Positions 11,723 to 25,239 are shown, numbered from the stretch's first letter. The stretch: DNA of 64,000 nucleotides from Schmidtea polychroa (GCA_044892525.1 CM097885.1:19346001-19410000), one strand, 5' to 3'. Notes: generated from the letters alone by a model not told the origin. Made by a program: numbers and translations.

Positions 11723-13390
11723 CAGTCCCGTACCGTGACACCTTTTGACGGGGGGCCAGACTTGCGTTTGGGGGGGGGGGCCAGTAATTCTCGTGTAAAC
11801 TAAGTATTTTATGAAAACAGACTAGTCACTACTCACACTTTGCACTCCGAAATGTTCAATTTAAAAAAAAGGAAAGCAAAATCGACATTTTGTCTGAGCA
11901 TTATTTTGCTACATTATTGCATATACTAGTATATAGTAAATGATTTTCGCACATTTTTTAGGAACAAACACAAAAAACAAATAGCTGCATGTATTTACAC
12001 GACGGACAATTGGACATACAAAGACAGCACACACAGTCACACAGATTTGAAAACTAAAGGTGAGTGCAATAGAAATTACACAGGAACTAGATCCAGAAAA
12101 AAGAAATTACGTGTGTGAGATATCGACATGACTCAAAATAGCTGCAGTCGACGATTTTTCATTTCATGAAACCGCCGAAGAAACTCATCAGATTTGATGT
12201 TATTACTGATGTCACTTTCAAATGAGAGCAATACAAGGTTGGCTTTACGAGAATGGCTCATCGACGTACGAAAGGGAGTTAAGACACGAGATAAAGTACT
12301 GAAAGTCGCCTCACATGTGGTAGTTGAAGCACCGATTGTCAGTGCAGAAGCTGCAAGACGATAGACAGATAGAAAAGCATCTCGGTATGAGTACAGTTCT
12401 TGCACTAACTGATGAACGTTTGTCACAGTACTGGCTCTCTTCAATAGGAAAACCTTTGCAGTTTCAAATTCATGTTGGGTTTCGCTTAGGTCCACGCCAG
12501 ACAGTGTCGCTAAAGTCTTTAGATCCTCAATATTCAAAAAGTTTGCGTGATCAGTCTTGAAACATGCAAGAGACTTATAAAGGCTTCTGTTGGTGACACC
12601 GAAGCGTTTTGTTAGTTCCTGCAGAGTCCTATCAACGACTTCGTAATACATCTGGCGATATGCGCATCTGATAGGCAAGGCCTGGTGTTCTGGCTGTCCC
12701 ACAGATCCGAACACAATGAAGTTGTCTTATTTTGAGTTCATCTGAGTTCTTCTTCTTATTGGTGTCTGTTCCATATCCATTTGACCTTCGAATTTCCCAA
12801 AAAGAACTTGGAATTCCTCTTCATTGCGTAGGCTGCGAATGCGCTCTATGACGGCATCCATAACATCACATGCTGAAGAAAGGTCCATTGCTTGACCCTG
12901 CAAGCTATTGTTGGCTGTTTCAAGGATAGTCAGCAATGAGAGCACCATGTGTGCAATGAACTGAAACTCCACTTCATTGACTCGATGCAAGAGTCCAGTA
13001 GCTTCCAATTGAATATCAATTGAAAACTGAGAATGTCTACTAGAACACATCTAAAGCAAATTCACAATTGTATCATAATTAGTTGTTATTGCCTGAGTCG
13101 TCTGCAAGTGTCCTGTCCAACGATGTTCCATGAGCCGTGTCAATTTATCGCCTTGATATATGGCCACAACCTTAGGATATGACAAAAATGTGTATAAGAT
13201 GGAACATCCTACCCCCGTCCACACTACATAAACCTCTACATGTGCAACTCATGCACACCCATGTCAATGCATGTGTGCACGATAGCAATTTTTCTTTTAT
13301 CAAACATATTGAATGTAATTTTTTATTCATGTCCGTTTTTTTATTTGGGGGGGGGGCAGACTTGCGTTTGGGGGGGCCTGCCCCCCTTGC
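11723..13390 (-). mobile_element. Deleted hAT transposon inserted in the left Polinton TIR
   Basis: Starts CAGTCCCGTACC inside the C-rich tract of the TIR and is absent from the right TIR. The far end GGGGGGCCTGCCCCCCTTGC fuses to TIR sequence without a terminal repeat. Confidence 0.8.
12133..13175 (-). pseudogene. hAT transposase, C-terminal half, in-frame stops
   Basis: RLMEHRWTGH (RW motif), ANNSLQG..MDL and the dimerisation motif STTTCEATFSTLSRV...RTSM; ORFs 12133-12714 and 12727-13050. Confidence 0.9.
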
Positions 13391-15197
13391 GGCAACTTTA
13401 TTTTTGCGGCAACTTTTTTATTACGCAATTGTTCCACACTATAGTGAGGTGGGTCTCGATTTTCAATACAAAAAAATTTTTTTCAATACAAAAACGATGG
13501 TCCTGGGATTTTCAATACAAAAAAATCTTTTTCAATACAAAAACGATGGTCCTGGGATTTTCAATACAAAAAAATTTTTTCAATACAAAAACGATGGTCC
13601 TGGGATTTTCAATACAAAATTTTTTTTTCAATACAAAAAGGCGGTCTCAATAAAAAAGCATGGAATTTTCACACTATAGCGAGGGGGTCTCGATGGTCCT
13701 GGGATTTTCAATACAAAAAAAATTTTTTCAATACAAAAAGGTGGTCTACACTAAAAAAGCATGGTAATTTAAGGTCTCAGGATATTTTCAATACAAAAAG
13801 CTCGTCTACACTAAAAAAGCATGGTAATTTAAGGTCTCAGGATATTTTCAAGACAAAAAGCTCGTCTACACTAAAAAAGCGTGGTAAATTTTTAAAATAA
13901 AGTAAATAATAGGTCTAAAAATTGAATTACAGTAAATTATGGGCTCAGATTTTTTAAATAAGTAAATTATGGTCCAAATTTTTAAATTAAAGTAAATTAT
14001 GGTCCTAAAAAATTAAATTACAGTAAATTATGGTTCTAAAAAATTAAATTACAGTAAATAATGGTCCAAATTTTTGAAATAAAGTAAATTTAGGTTCTAA
14101 AAAATTAAATTAAAGTTAATTAAGGTCCAAATTTTTGAATTAAAGTAAATTTAGGTTCTAAAAAATTAAATTAAAGTTAATTAAGTTTCAAATTTTAAAA
14201 TTAAGTAATCAATGGTAAAAAATTTTAAATAAGTAAATTAAAGTAATAATTTTTAAATAAGTAAATTAAAGTAATGTAATAAGTAAATTAAAGTAAGATT
14301 TTTAAATTTAATTACAAAATAATAGAAGGTGTTTGAGAATTGAAATTTTTTAATTTAAATTTTTATGGAATAATTTTTTAAGTAATTTTTAATGGAAATT
14401 TTTATGAAATAATTTTCAAAGACAAATTTTAATAATAATTCAACAACAAATCAACAACTTAGTACCAACAACCAGTAACTTACGAACATGTATTAACAAC
14501 CAGATACCTACAACCAGTTACCTGATACCAAGTACCAACAACCAAAAACATGCAACCAACTAGGTACCAAGTACTAACAACTAGTTACCTGATACCAAGT
14601 ACTAACAACCCACAACAATTAGCTAACAACTAGCTACCACCTACCAAGTACTCACAACCAACTACTAAGTACTAACAACCAAATACAACCAACTAGGTAC
14701 TAGATACCAAGTACTTACAACAAACATCAACCAAGTACCTACAACCACCTACCAAGTACTTACAACTAGTTACTAACAATCAGTTACCTGCTACCAAGTA
14801 CTTACAACTAGTTACTAACAACCAATTACCTGCTACCGAGTACTTACAACTAGATATCACGTACTAACTAACTTTCAACCCCCACCTACCCATTAACTAG
14901 CCACTAAGTACTAACAACCAGCTAACAACTAGATACCATGTACTAACAACCGTCAACAACCAGGTACCTACAACCTACAACTAGTTACTAACAACCAGTT
15001 ACCTGATACCAAGTACATACAACCAAGTACTAAGCATTATTAAACAACTACCAAGTACCTACAACTAGTTACCTGATACCAACTACTCACAACCAACAAC
15101 AACCAGTTACTAAGCATTATTAACCAACTACTAAGTACCTACAACCACCTACCAAGTACCTACAACCAACAACAACCAAGTACTCGGTATGAGGTTA

Positions 15198-15772
15198 TCA
15201 AAGGAATAAACCATTACTCAGTATTTTCTCAGTTCAAAGCTGCTCATGTAGAACGATTTAATCGAACTTTAAGAGAACGTTTGAAAAAATATTTTGTATA
15301 TCAAGATAATAAAACTTGGATAAATGTTTTGCCAAAAATTATTTTCAGTTACAATCATTCACCACACAGAGGATTAAAAGGACAAACGCCTGCTGATTTT
15401 ACTAAAAATCAAACAAAGTTAGAAAAAATCAATAAACCGAAATACAAGGTTGGTGATCATGTAAGAATTAGTAAAATCAATTCTTCAATATTCATCAAAA
15501 GCTTTGATAATAATTGGAGTGATGAAGTATATCAAATTTTTAAAATCGATACAAAACAGAATCCTGTCATGTATGTGATAGTTAATCATGAAAACAAACC
15601 AATCACTGGTAAATTCTATGAACAAGAACTCCAAGTAATTCCTGCTCCTACAATATTTAGAATTCAAAAGATTTTAAAAACCAAAAAAGATGGTAAATAT
15701 AAACAATACTATGTTAAATGGCATGGATATGAAACTCGATCTTGGATATCCGAAAATCAATTGATTAAATAA
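15198..15772 (+). pseudogene. Polinton RVE integrase C-terminal part with chromodomain
   Basis: KAAHVERFNRTLRER, YNHSPHR, KYKVGDHVRIS, GKFYEQEL, YYVKWHGY..SWI; the N-terminus is deleted. Confidence 0.92.
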
Positions 15773-15777
15773 ATATT

Positions 15778-16802
15778 ATGAAAGATTTTTATATTATTTT
15801 ACCTTCTAATAGTTGTCCTCTTATTTTCCCTGATAATGAAGCTAGTAAATTTAATGTCGAATTTCAAAATCCTATTTACTTGGATGGTGAATAAGAAGTA
15901 GCTCTCATGGACTTTACCTTTGTGTATAATACTTTTCCTTATTACAGTAATTCATTTATACAATATGAAAAAGTAAAGATGGATGAAGAAATTAAATATT
16001 TTAGAATAAATAATTCAAATCGAACCTTTGAAGTAATAAATCCTAAAAATACTCCTGAAGTTGACATGTTCATTGAAAGATATGAGAATTTGGTTGTTGT
16101 TTGTCCACATGTTCAATTTAAAATAACCTTTCCAGATTTTGAACATGCTAATAAATTTGGATTAAAATCAGTATCGGTTATTAGTGATAGTGATCATTTG
16201 CGAATTAAATTACCAAAATTTACAGAAGATAAAACAATTGATCAATTTGGTATAATTATAAGCGTTGTTGAAAAAACAAAATTTGAACATTATTTCGAAG
16301 ATGAACTATACATCAATACTTTATCTGAAATACATGGTCAGTTAATGACAATTAATCCGTCTCCCTTTAAAGATTTAAAAATACAAAATAATGAATTGGT
16401 TAAAATAAGTCTTGCTGATAACATTTCATCAATAACCTTTGATAAAAATTCAACAAAAACATTGGGATTAAAGAAACAAACATTTACAGAGAAAGAAATT
16501 ATTGGAACAAAATTCCAAAATTATTTAATCATCATCAACAAATGTTTATTTACTCAAATATTATCGAATCATTGACTGTTGGAGATGTAAGAGTTCCGTT
16601 ATTGAAATCTATTTGGATAAAAAAATATGAACAAGGAGAAATTGTGCAACTAGAAATGAAGAATCCAATGTATCTACCAATTTCTAATTCTTCTATAAAC
16701 AACATTGAAATCAATATACGAGATGATAGTGGAAAATTAATAAAATTTAGTAGAGATACAAAAACACACTTGACATTACATTTTCGTAAAATAAATGATT
16801 AA
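15778..16802 (+). pseudogene. PX / minor capsid (penton) copy 1
   Basis: MKDFYIILPSNS...LDGE*EVALM (TAA at 15892 where copy 2 has TGG); frameshift near 16520; C-terminus MFIYSNIIE...VGD..VPLL...PMYLP..IEINIRDDSG..LHFRK. Confidence 0.85.
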
Positions 16803-17847
16803 AAAAGATTTTTATGTGAATTTACCTTCTAATAGTTGTCCTCAGACTCATCCAAATAATGAAGCAGGTAAATTTAATGTCGAATTTCAAAATCCTATTT
16901 ACTTGGATGGTGAATGGGAAGTAGCTCTCATGGACTTTACCTTTGTGTATAATTTAAATTTTTACAACAATTCAAATGTCAAATATAGTAAAAGTGTATT
17001 ACATACAAGTTATGAATACTTTTACTTTAACCAAGAGAAAAATGAATATACAATCAGTCACGACTCTCCATTTTATTTAATATATATTGATGGAAATACA
17101 TTGAACATTAATTGTAAATATTTTCCTTTTAAAGTAGAATTCGATAGTATTAAAGAAGCACAAAAATTGGGATTTTCAGAAAAAGAAATAAATTTTAAAC
17201 AAACAATGAACAAAATCACTATTCCTCCAAATAATCGAAAAATAAAGTTTGATACAATTCGATTCACTATACAATATTATTACGATGTCGAGTTTACAGA
17301 TACATTCGAAGAAAATATCATAACAGATCTTTCACAAATAAATGACCTTTTATCCTCGTCCATTTAAATCTGTTAATATTCAAAAAGGAAAAATCGTTAA
17401 AATTGTAATGGATGATGATGTCAGTTAAGTTCAATTTAGTAAATTTTTAGCCAATAGTTTAGGATTACTAGAAGAAGCATATACTGACAAACTTATTATT
17501 GGTTTTAAAGAACCTGAAGTATTACAACGCAATCAACAATTGATGATCTATACAAATATTATCGAACCAATTATTGTTGGTGATACATTGGTCCCTCTTT
17601 TGAAATGTATTTGGGTGGAAAAACATAAAAAAGATGGGGTATACTAACAAAGATCTTACGAGAAAAACATGGATTGAAAAATCAAAATTTAGTACAAATA
17701 ATTGAAAAGAATCCAATGTACTTACCTGTATCGTCTTCATATATAAACAATATAGAAATCAATATACGAGATGATAGTGGAAAATATATATTTGGAAAAG
17801 AAGATAAAACATACTTGACATTGCATTTTCGTAAAATAAATGAGTAA
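16795..17847 (+). pseudogene. PX / minor capsid (penton) copy 2
   Basis: KDFYVNLPSNS...LDGEWEVALM; frameshift near 17360; C-terminus IYTNIIEPIIVGDTLVPLL...NPMYLP...LHFRKINE. Confidence 0.85.
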
Positions 17848-18238
17848 TCCTGACATAATACATTTTTATAGTAGTAACCAATCGGGTGGTGATTTACCAT
17901 ATTTTGTTGGTAAACAATATGGAACCGGTTGGTTGAAGACAATAGGTAGATTTGCACTCCCAATTCTTAGACGAATAGGAAATTTTGGTATGAAAACAGC
18001 TAATGACGTAATAAATAACAATGCAAATATCTTGCCTGCTTTAAAATCAAATGCAATTTCTGAAATTAAAGAATCATTACCAGCTGTGATGCAACATTTG
18101 CCTGAAGTAATTAATAAAGTATCCGATGTATTTAAAAATGATAAAGAACAAAAAGGCGGAATACTTAAACGCCGAAAAATTATGAAGAAACATATAAACA
18201 AAAGAATGAAAGGATATGGTACCATCTTTGAAAAATGA
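17840..18238 (+). CDS. Polinton PW-like basic core protein
   Basis: YSSNQSGGDLPYFVGKQYGTGWLKTIGRFALPIL; basic C-terminus; lies between PX and PY. Confidence 0.75.
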   Translation: MSNPDIIHFYSSNQSGGDLPYFVGKQYGTGWLKTIGRFALPILRRIGNFGMKTANDVINNNANILPALKSNAISEIKESLPAVMQHLPEVINKVSDVFKNDKEQKGGILKRRKIMKKHINKRMKGYGTIFEK

Positions 18239-19392
18239 TTAGTGCTAAATCAGAATTATGTCTTTTTGATAGACCTTCTCCCCAAGCAGTGATTGAACAT
18301 GGAGCATTTGAAGATATTTACCCAAGAAATTCAATTACAGATGCTGGTTCTTCTTCGATTCAATTTTACATAAATGGATCGCAGACTGAATATTTAGATT
18401 TGAATGATACTTTGTTATATATTCAATTGAAAGTTAGTAATAATTTAGGTGAGAATTTAGGCGAATCAGAAGTAATTCCAAATAATTTCTTCTTCCAAAC
18501 CCTTTTTAAAGATGTTGAATTAATTTTTAATTCAATCAAAGTTGAAGGATCAAATGATAGATTTGCCCACAAAGCATTAATTGAAACACTTATAAATTAT
18601 GACGGAGATACTAAACGAACATCTTTAGGTGGAATGGGGTATACTAACAAAGATCTTACGAGAAAAACATGGATTGAAAAATCAAAATCCTTTTCTTTAT
18701 GTTCCCCACTTCAATTTGATTTCTTTGATCAACCTAAATATTTACTACCAGGTGTTAGTGTTCAAATTAAATTAACAAGATCAAATCCAACACTTAGTTT
18801 AACTTGTGCGAAAATTGAACCGAAAATTTTATTATTAGACGCAAAATTAATGGTTAGAAGAGTTCGTGTTGAACCATCGGTTTTGGCAGGACATCAAATT
18901 GGTCTGTCTACCAAAAATGCAATTTATCCTTTAAGAAGCAAAGAAGTTGTTGATTTCTCATTACCTATTGGTTCTTCCTCTTTTTATAAAGAACAAATAT
19001 TTGGAGATAGACGACTACCTAATTTTATTCTTGTTGCATTTCAATCTAGTAAAAGATTTAGTGGATCGTTTTCAGAATTATTTTCTATATTTGATCACTT
19101 TAATGTCAAGTCCATAACTTTAAGTAAAGGAAGTGATTATCGCGAAAAATACAGTCAAGATTTTGAGAATGATGATTATAGTACAAGTTATATGCAATCG
19201 ATTATTAGAAATATGGGTTATCTAAATAAAAATATGAATTGTGGTATCACCATGTCTGATTTTAAGAGCAAGTATCCATTCTTTACATTCGTATTGGCAC
19301 CAGATTTTGATCTTCATCAAAGTCAGTTACCACAAAGTGGAAATTTGCGATTAGATATTAAATTCGCATCTTCACGGAAGAACCTTATTTAA
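18235..19392 (+). pseudogene. PY / double jelly-roll major capsid protein, C-terminally truncated
   Basis: KSELCLF start, EYLDLNDTLLY, DFFDQPKYLLPGV, GNLRLDIKF then an abrupt end. Confidence 0.88.
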
Positions 19393-19448
19393 TGCTATAT
19401 CCTCTATAGCACTTAAAAAACTCTCGACGCAATCTAAACCTATGAACT

Positions 19449-22098
19449 GTCCCATTGAAAGATTAAATTTATCCATTCAATAAAATATATTTCTTCAAAT
19501 GATCATTTTTACCGATATTCAACCGATCTAATTACTAATTAAAATCACCCGATAAATTTCTTCGATTAAAGATCAATTTTCTTTAGTAGATGTTTTAAGT
19601 CCATATTTCTCAACTTTTGTCATTCTCCGTCTAAATAAAGATAAAAATAAATTAAAGTTGATATCGATCCCAATTATCTGTAAAGTTTTCATTGTCAAAA
19701 CCAAGTAAATCGATCATTATCCCTACTTAATAAAACATTGTTCTAAAACATAAATCTAAATTAATATACAATGAATTAATCACAACCTAATAAAATGATA
19801 TAATTTCACATTATTATTGATTCATAACTGACTAATTGCAATTTCCCTTAAAACATTGATATTTTACCAACATCATACTTAAAAAATCATATATTCCCAT
19901 CTTAACCCATCCTTCATTAAATTAAATCGACTATATCTCCCTTATAATGATATATTCCCATCTTAACCCATCACTCATTAAATTTAACCGACTATATTCC
20001 CATCTTAATCCTTCCCTCATTAAAAGCAACCGACTATATCTTTCTTAAAATGAAATATTTCCCATATTAACCGACTATATCCCCATTAAAAAATCATATA
20101 TTTCCATCTTATCTGATCTCTCATTAAATCTAACCGACTATATCCCCTTAAAAAATCATATATTCCCACCTTATCTAATCTCTCATTAAATCTCACCGAC
20201 AATATCCCATCTTAACCGATCTCTCACCAAATATTTCTACCCTTTTAAACATCTATCCGATTATATCCCTTATTTTCCCTAAAGATTCCGCCCACTTGAG
20301 CCCTTTAATATATATCAATCCTCTTAAAATCCTCAGAGAACTTCCAAAATATGACTTTTAATTAATTGTTATAGAACCAGACAAATAATAAGAGCCCATT
20401 AAAAGATCAAAATTCACTAAATTTTCTACAAATATTTACCATCAAATACTGGAGATGATATATATTGTTTGATCATAATTCTTCATCGATTCAGCCAATC
20501 ATTTTCAAGCAATAACAGCAAACTAAATTTCTGTATATCCTACAATAATTATCAAGTAAATTTAAAGTCATTGATAAAGTTGGTTTCTTAGCTTAGGTTT
20601 TAAAAGTTCATCAATGAGTAAATATTTTTAGAAAATTATTGAAAAAAATTATCTAGTCAAATATATTACAAAGTTATCATCAAAAATTTATTCTATCACT
20701 TAATTATTAACCTAATTGTCAATGAAATTAATTTTTTATTTAAAACCTATTCAATAAAATACAACTAATTATCAGGAAATTAATTAAATTTATCAATTAA
20801 ATTTATCAGTCAACATGAAATTCTTAGAAAATTGTTCAATATCCTCATAAAAATTTATCCTATCACTTGATTATTGTACAAACTCTAATTATTAACCTCA
20901 TTGAAAATAATTTTTATTTAAAATTAAAAATACATCCAATTATCAAGAAATTAATTAAATTTATCTTAGAACTAACTTTAAATTATTAAATATTCATTCA
21001 ATAAACATGAAATTTGCAAAAATGTTAGAAATCCACAAAAATAATAGAAATTTACAAAAATAAAAGAAATTCACAAAAATGATAAAAATTCACGAAAATG
21101 ATAGATATCCACAAAAATTACAGATATTCACAAAAATAATGGAAATCCACAAAAAATTCACAAAAATGATAGAAATTCATAAAAATGATAGAAATTTACT
21201 TGAATAAAACCATCAACTCTAAAAATTATCAATACCTTAAACATCAAATTTGCCTAAATAATCATTCAAATAAAAGCATTAAATGATCAGTACCCTTGCG
21301 ACATGTTGATTGTGAGTAGTACCCTTGTGAGCAATACCCATAGGGGGACAGAATATTTTGTCGGATAAACTCAGAGTATATATTAATTAACTCATTCAAA
21401 TTTATCATTGAATTAGTCAAATTATCGTAAATTTCGATAAAAAATCTAAAGTGGTAAGCAATGTAAAGAGAAATATTCTTTAAACTTTGATAAAATTAAC
21501 AATGAAGGTGGTAAGAATCTTCATTAAAGTGAGGAAGGGTTAAGATGGGAAATATTTCATTTTAAGAAAGATATAGTCGGTTGCTTTTAATGAGGGAAGG
21601 GTTTCGATGGGAATCTTTTGAATATTTACATGAGTAATGTTGGTAAAATATCAATGTTTTAAGGGAAATTGCAATTAGTCAGTTATGAATCACTAATAAT
21701 GTGAAATTATATCGTTTTATTAGGTTGTGATTAATTCATTGTATATTAATTTAGATTTATGTTTTAGAACAATGTTTTATTAAATTTTCTATTAATTATC
21801 CAGGGTTTTATTACGTAGTGTTAATGACCGATTTACTTGGTTTTGACAATGAAATCTTTACAGATAAATGGGATTGATATCAACTTTAAATTATTTTTAT
21901 CTTTATTTAAGCGAAGAATGACAAAAGTTGAGAAATATGGACTTAAAACATCGACAAACACTAAATAAAATTGATCTTTATTTGAAGAAAGCTATCGATT
22001 GATTTTAATTAGTAATTAAATCGGTTGAATATCGGTAAAAATGATCATTTGAAGAAATATATTTTATTGAATGGATAAATTTAATCTTTCAATGGGAC
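19449..22098. repeat. Non-coding foldback segment with ~600-bp imperfect inverted arms
   Basis: GTCCCATTGAAAGATTAAATTTATCC... (19449-~20070) is the reverse complement of ~21535-22098; internal tandem arrays at 19880-20220 and 21010-21200; no TSD found. Confidence 0.8.
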
Positions 22099-22229
22099 CT
22101 AGTCAGTTATATTGTACAGTAATAATTATTTTAAATTTCAAATAGAGTGATTTATTTTTAGAATAAAAATTTAATTATAACTGGTTTTATCAATAGTGAA
22201 ATACGTATGATAATAGGAATTAAAGTTAG

Positions 22230-22535
22230 AATTATAGTCATTTAAAAGGATTTTAAGCAATTTTATTAGTCTGAGGTGAATATATGATCTTTAACAAGTA
22301 CTTATCATTAAAATATCAATCTTAAAAGATATAGTTATTTCAATGAAATTTGATGCTTTTTAGATGATATTTGTAATAATATGAATTAAGGGTTGAAATA
22401 TAGTCATTTAAGGGATTTTAAGGAATCTTGTTAGTTTGAGGTGAATATATGATCTTTAACAAGTACTTATCGATAAGATACTAATCTTAAAAGATATAGA
22501 TATTTCAGGGAAATTTGATGCTTTTTAAATGATTT
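22230..22535. repeat. Diverged tandem duplication, period ~167 bp
   Basis: TGAGGTGAATATATGATCTTTAACAAGTACTTATC occurs twice. Confidence 0.7.
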
Positions 22536-23417
22536 TATTAGAGAATTCACTTGGATATACCAATTATTGTTATTTAAATGAATTTACTGGTTTGTTAGAT
22601 GTTATCATTAGCTATCTAGTCTCTTTTGGAATTTAATGATAATTATTTTTATTGTAGATTGCTGACTTTGATAATTGTAATGAATTTATACTGATTTTTT
22701 GAATATATTGAGAAATAAGTCAATCAATTTGAGTACTTTTAAAAAAAATACTTAAAATTAATTTTATTTCAATTAATTTATTCAATCTAAATCAATTATC
22801 TACTAGATCTTATTTTAAAATTTTTATTAATTTATTATCTTAGTTGATTCATATTAACTTGAATGATCAAGTATTTGGTACTTATTTGTTAGCACCTAGT
22901 TAAAAAATTTTAGTAACCGATTGTTGGTAAATGTTTAATTATTATTATAATTATTATTAATTTTATTATTATTATTATAATTATTATTATTATTATTATT
23001 ATTATTCCATTTAAATTTTCATTAAAAATTACATTTCTCAAAAAAGTTGGTGGTTATTCAATCTTTTGATAATAAATTTAAAAATCTTAGTTTTTTTACT
23101 TATTACATTACTTTAATTTACTCATTTAGCTTTAATTTAAAATTTAAAGCATTGTTTTCTTTAATTTACTTATCCTTAATTTACCTATTTATCCTTTATT
23201 TCTTAATTTAACAACTAAATATAATCCTTATTTTCATATTTAACTAATAATTTCATGTGGTCATTGATTAATTGACGAAGATTTGCATCTAAAATTAACA
23301 TTGAAAATCCCAGAAAACTTTCATCTTAAATTGACTTTAATATTTTAGACCATTAATTAGTTAATTTAAAAATTAAATATTAATTTACTTATTTAACCAA
23401 TAATTTCATGTGGTCAT

Positions 23418-24288
23418 CTGGTTGGTATCTAGTTGACAATGCTTAGTACTAGGTATCTAGTTGTTAGCTGGTTGTTAGTACTTAGTTGTTGGTTGTAAGT
23501 AGTTGGTATCTGGTAGTTAGTTGTTAGCTGGTTGTTGGTTGTTAGTACTTGGTAGTTGGTAGCTAGTTGTTAGCTGGTTGTAGCTAGTTAATGGGTAGGT
23601 GGTTGTAGGTACTTGGTAACTGGTTGTTAGTATCTAGTTGTAGGTATCTGGTTGATGTTGGTTGTATGTACTTGGTAGGTACTTAGTAGTTGGTAATTAA
23701 TGCTTAGTACCTGGTTGATGTTGGTTGTCAGTGCTTGGTATCTAGTTGACAGTGCTTAGTACTTGGTATCTTGTAAGTACTTGGTAGCAGGTAACTGGTT
23801 GTTAGTAACTAGTTGTAAGTAGTTGGTTGTTAGTAACTAGTTATAAGTACTTGGTATCAGGTATCTGGTTGTTAGTAACTAGTTGTAAGTACTAGGTAGC
23901 AGGTAACTGATTGTTAGTAACTAGTTGTAAGTGTTTGGTATCTGGTAACATATTGTTAGTATCTAGTTGTAGGTACTTGGTATCAGGTATCTGGTTGTTA
24001 GTAACTAGTTGTAGGTATCTGGTTGTTAATACATGTTCGTAAGTTACTGGTTGTTGGTACTAAGTTGTTGGTTTGTTGTTGAATTATTATTAAAATTTGT
24101 CTTTGAAAAATATTTCATAAAAATTTCCATTAAAAATTACCATTGAAAAATAATTCATTAAAGTTTCTATTAAAAATTACTTAAAAATTATTTCATAAAA
24201 ATTTTCATTAAAAAATTTCAATTCTCAAACACCTTCTATTATTTTGTAATTAAATTTTAAAATCTTACTTTAATTTACTTTAATTTAC
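23418..24288. repeat. Inner part of the right TIR of the outer Polinton
   Basis: Reverse complement of the repeat blocks at 14280-15185. Confidence 0.85.
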
Positions 24289-25239
24289 AGTAGTGTGTAT
24301 ATATACCCAACCCAAACAGCCCTCCCAACAAAAACATACCTCCATTACGCTTAAACCATTAGAAAAACAACATAAAACCTATGCTTTTATAGTATTTTAA
24401 CCCCATATTTTAAACAACAACCACCCTTAATCTTTAAAGCCTCAAACTCAAAAGCTTCAAACTAAAAAGTGAATAGAAAAGAAAATGGCATTATGAAAAG
24501 GTTAGAGGGCTATTTGGGATCAATCAAACTCCGGAGTTGATCTTTATCAGATTATTGATTTTAAATTATATAAATTAAAAAATAAATGAAAAATAGTAAA
24601 ACTGCTCTGAGAGGACAGTGGTATTTTTGTTTTTTTTCACTGTCCTCTCAACAGTTTTTGATCCGGATATTTTTTTTATTTATCAACCTCTTTCGTTTAT
24701 CAAATCTCTTCCAATATACAAGCTGGCCAGACTCATACATCAGAATCAATTCGATAATAGCAGCACACCTTATTATTCGCTTCTCGCTCGAATACGATTT
24801 CATCGGCGTTTTAAGCGTGCTGCTCGAAAGTACAAATGAATTCGAAAGTGAATCCGAAAGAGGTCCGAAAACAACTGAGAAATAAATGTGCACATTAAAG
24901 AATCGATCCGGGGGTGTTCGAAAGACAGGTGGCGATAATTACCGGTTCGCCACCATCACCCGTTTCAATAAGTTTTTTTTCATATTTATGTTTAAAAATA
25001 AAATAATTAATAAAATAAATAAAATAAATAAAATAAATAAAATAAATAAAATAAAATAAAATAAAAATAAATAAAATAAAACATAAATCTAAGATACCCA
25101 CACTATTATTTTCAAATTTTTAATATTATTTTATGTTGAAAAAAAACTAACCACAGTTAGGATTTGAACCACCATCCATTTGAACCACTGTGCCAGTCTA
25201 GCCCACTGCGCTATCTAGGTTTGGATTTTTGTTATTTTT
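24289..25239. repeat. Left TIR of inner Polinton
   Basis: Reverse complement of 38310-39336; they differ mainly in length of the (AATAAAATA)n tract. Confidence 0.95.
25149..25220 (-). ncRNA. tRNA-like Pol III unit in left TIR
   Basis: Mirror copy of 38329-38400: A-box TAGCGCAGTGG, B-box GGTTCAAATCC, oligo-T. Confidence 0.55.

Larger units (their letters stand above)
11678..15185. repeat. Left TIR of outer Polinton (interrupted by hAT), built of tandem repeat blocks
   Basis: Blocks CAATACAAAAACGATGGTCCTGGGATTTT (13460-13880), AAATTACAGTAAATTATGG (13890-14300) and CAACTAGTTACCTGATACCAAGTAC (14440-15185), mirrored at 39337-41057 and 23418-24288. Confidence 0.85.

Noticed and set aside
13179..13679. 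ORFs over TIR repeats (also 40703-40991, 44378-44716, 46439-46642)
   Set aside because: Translations of tandem repeats, open in several frames.
13440..13880. Regular repeats resembling a CRISPR array (also 40250-40940)
   Set aside because: No unique spacers, no cas genes, eukaryotic context; they are TIR tandem repeats.
14440..15185. Telomere-like strand-biased repeats (also 23418-24070)
   Set aside because: Irregular units with no fixed telomeric motif; they are mirrored parts of Polinton TIRs.
15892..15894. TGG to TAA change as a deaminase hypermutation signature
   Set aside because: Single instance; other Trp codons nearby are intact.
24586..25101. ORFs duplicated at 38448-39049
   Set aside because: Identical only because they lie in the TIRs; overlapping on both strands with no recognisable motif.
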